A stretch of DNA of 63,317 nucleotides, filler included, from Halocafeteria seosinensis (taxonomy: Eukaryota): NCBI GenBank assembly GCA_001687465.1. It is 5 parts of 5 records of this genome, joined end to end, with 100 filler letters (N's around TTAATTAATTAA, not from the genome) between each part and the next. Parts side by side here need not be neighbours in the genome. Positions count along the whole stretch, not along the records: positions 60,889 to 63,317 come from LVLI01000131.1; 4 more parts are not named here. One strand, written 5' to 3'. Positions within the stretch are counted from its first letter, which is position 1, and each line of letters starts with the position of its first letter. Below are positions 63,231 to 63,317 of the stretch, piece by piece. The notes under the pieces are model-generated. The model saw only the letters and a list, made by a program, of their open reading frames with translations. It made no database searches and was not told the origin of the DNA. Made by a program: the position numbers and the translations under genes.

Positions 63231-63317
63231 ATACTTGTGGGCAGGGCTCCCAATTTGCCACCGTGAGCAGTACGGAGTTTGAGAGCCAGTTTCAGGAACG
63301 AATCCCTTCTCTAGAAC

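Overview
Eukaryotic (protist) genomic DNA with short GT-AG introns. The gene content (axonemal dynein assembly factor, ankyrin-HDAC, Nma111/DegP7, oomycete-style transposons) suggests a flagellated SAR/stramenopile-like organism; this is inference only. The window is five contigs joined by 100-nt N/TTAATTAATTAA/N linkers, so adjacency across linkers is unproven. Gene-dense blocks are 1.9-19.4 kb (LRRC6/DNAAF11, tRNA-Cys, ankyrin-HDAC, U2AF65, GCSH, mitochondrial uL1, TBC1D23-like), 43.9-52.1 kb (HDHD5-like HAD hydrolase, GST, F-box, interrupted PDR/ABCG transporter) and 61.5-63.3 kb (SUMO, Nma111-like protease 3' end). Between them lie transposon-rich blocks: a Harbinger two-gene unit, RNase H retroelement remnants, several Mutator (MULE) transposase remnants and hAT-like MITEs. 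The most notable structure is a candidate large MULE-like element family. It has a multi-kb non-coding arm present twice, a copy-number-variable ~183-bp tandem array, a TA|CAGT-like left end inside an ABC-transporter intron, and a decayed transposase carrying a Ulp1-like protease remnant and peptide repeats at its N-terminus. A divergent relative with its own ~180-bp array appears in the fourth contig.
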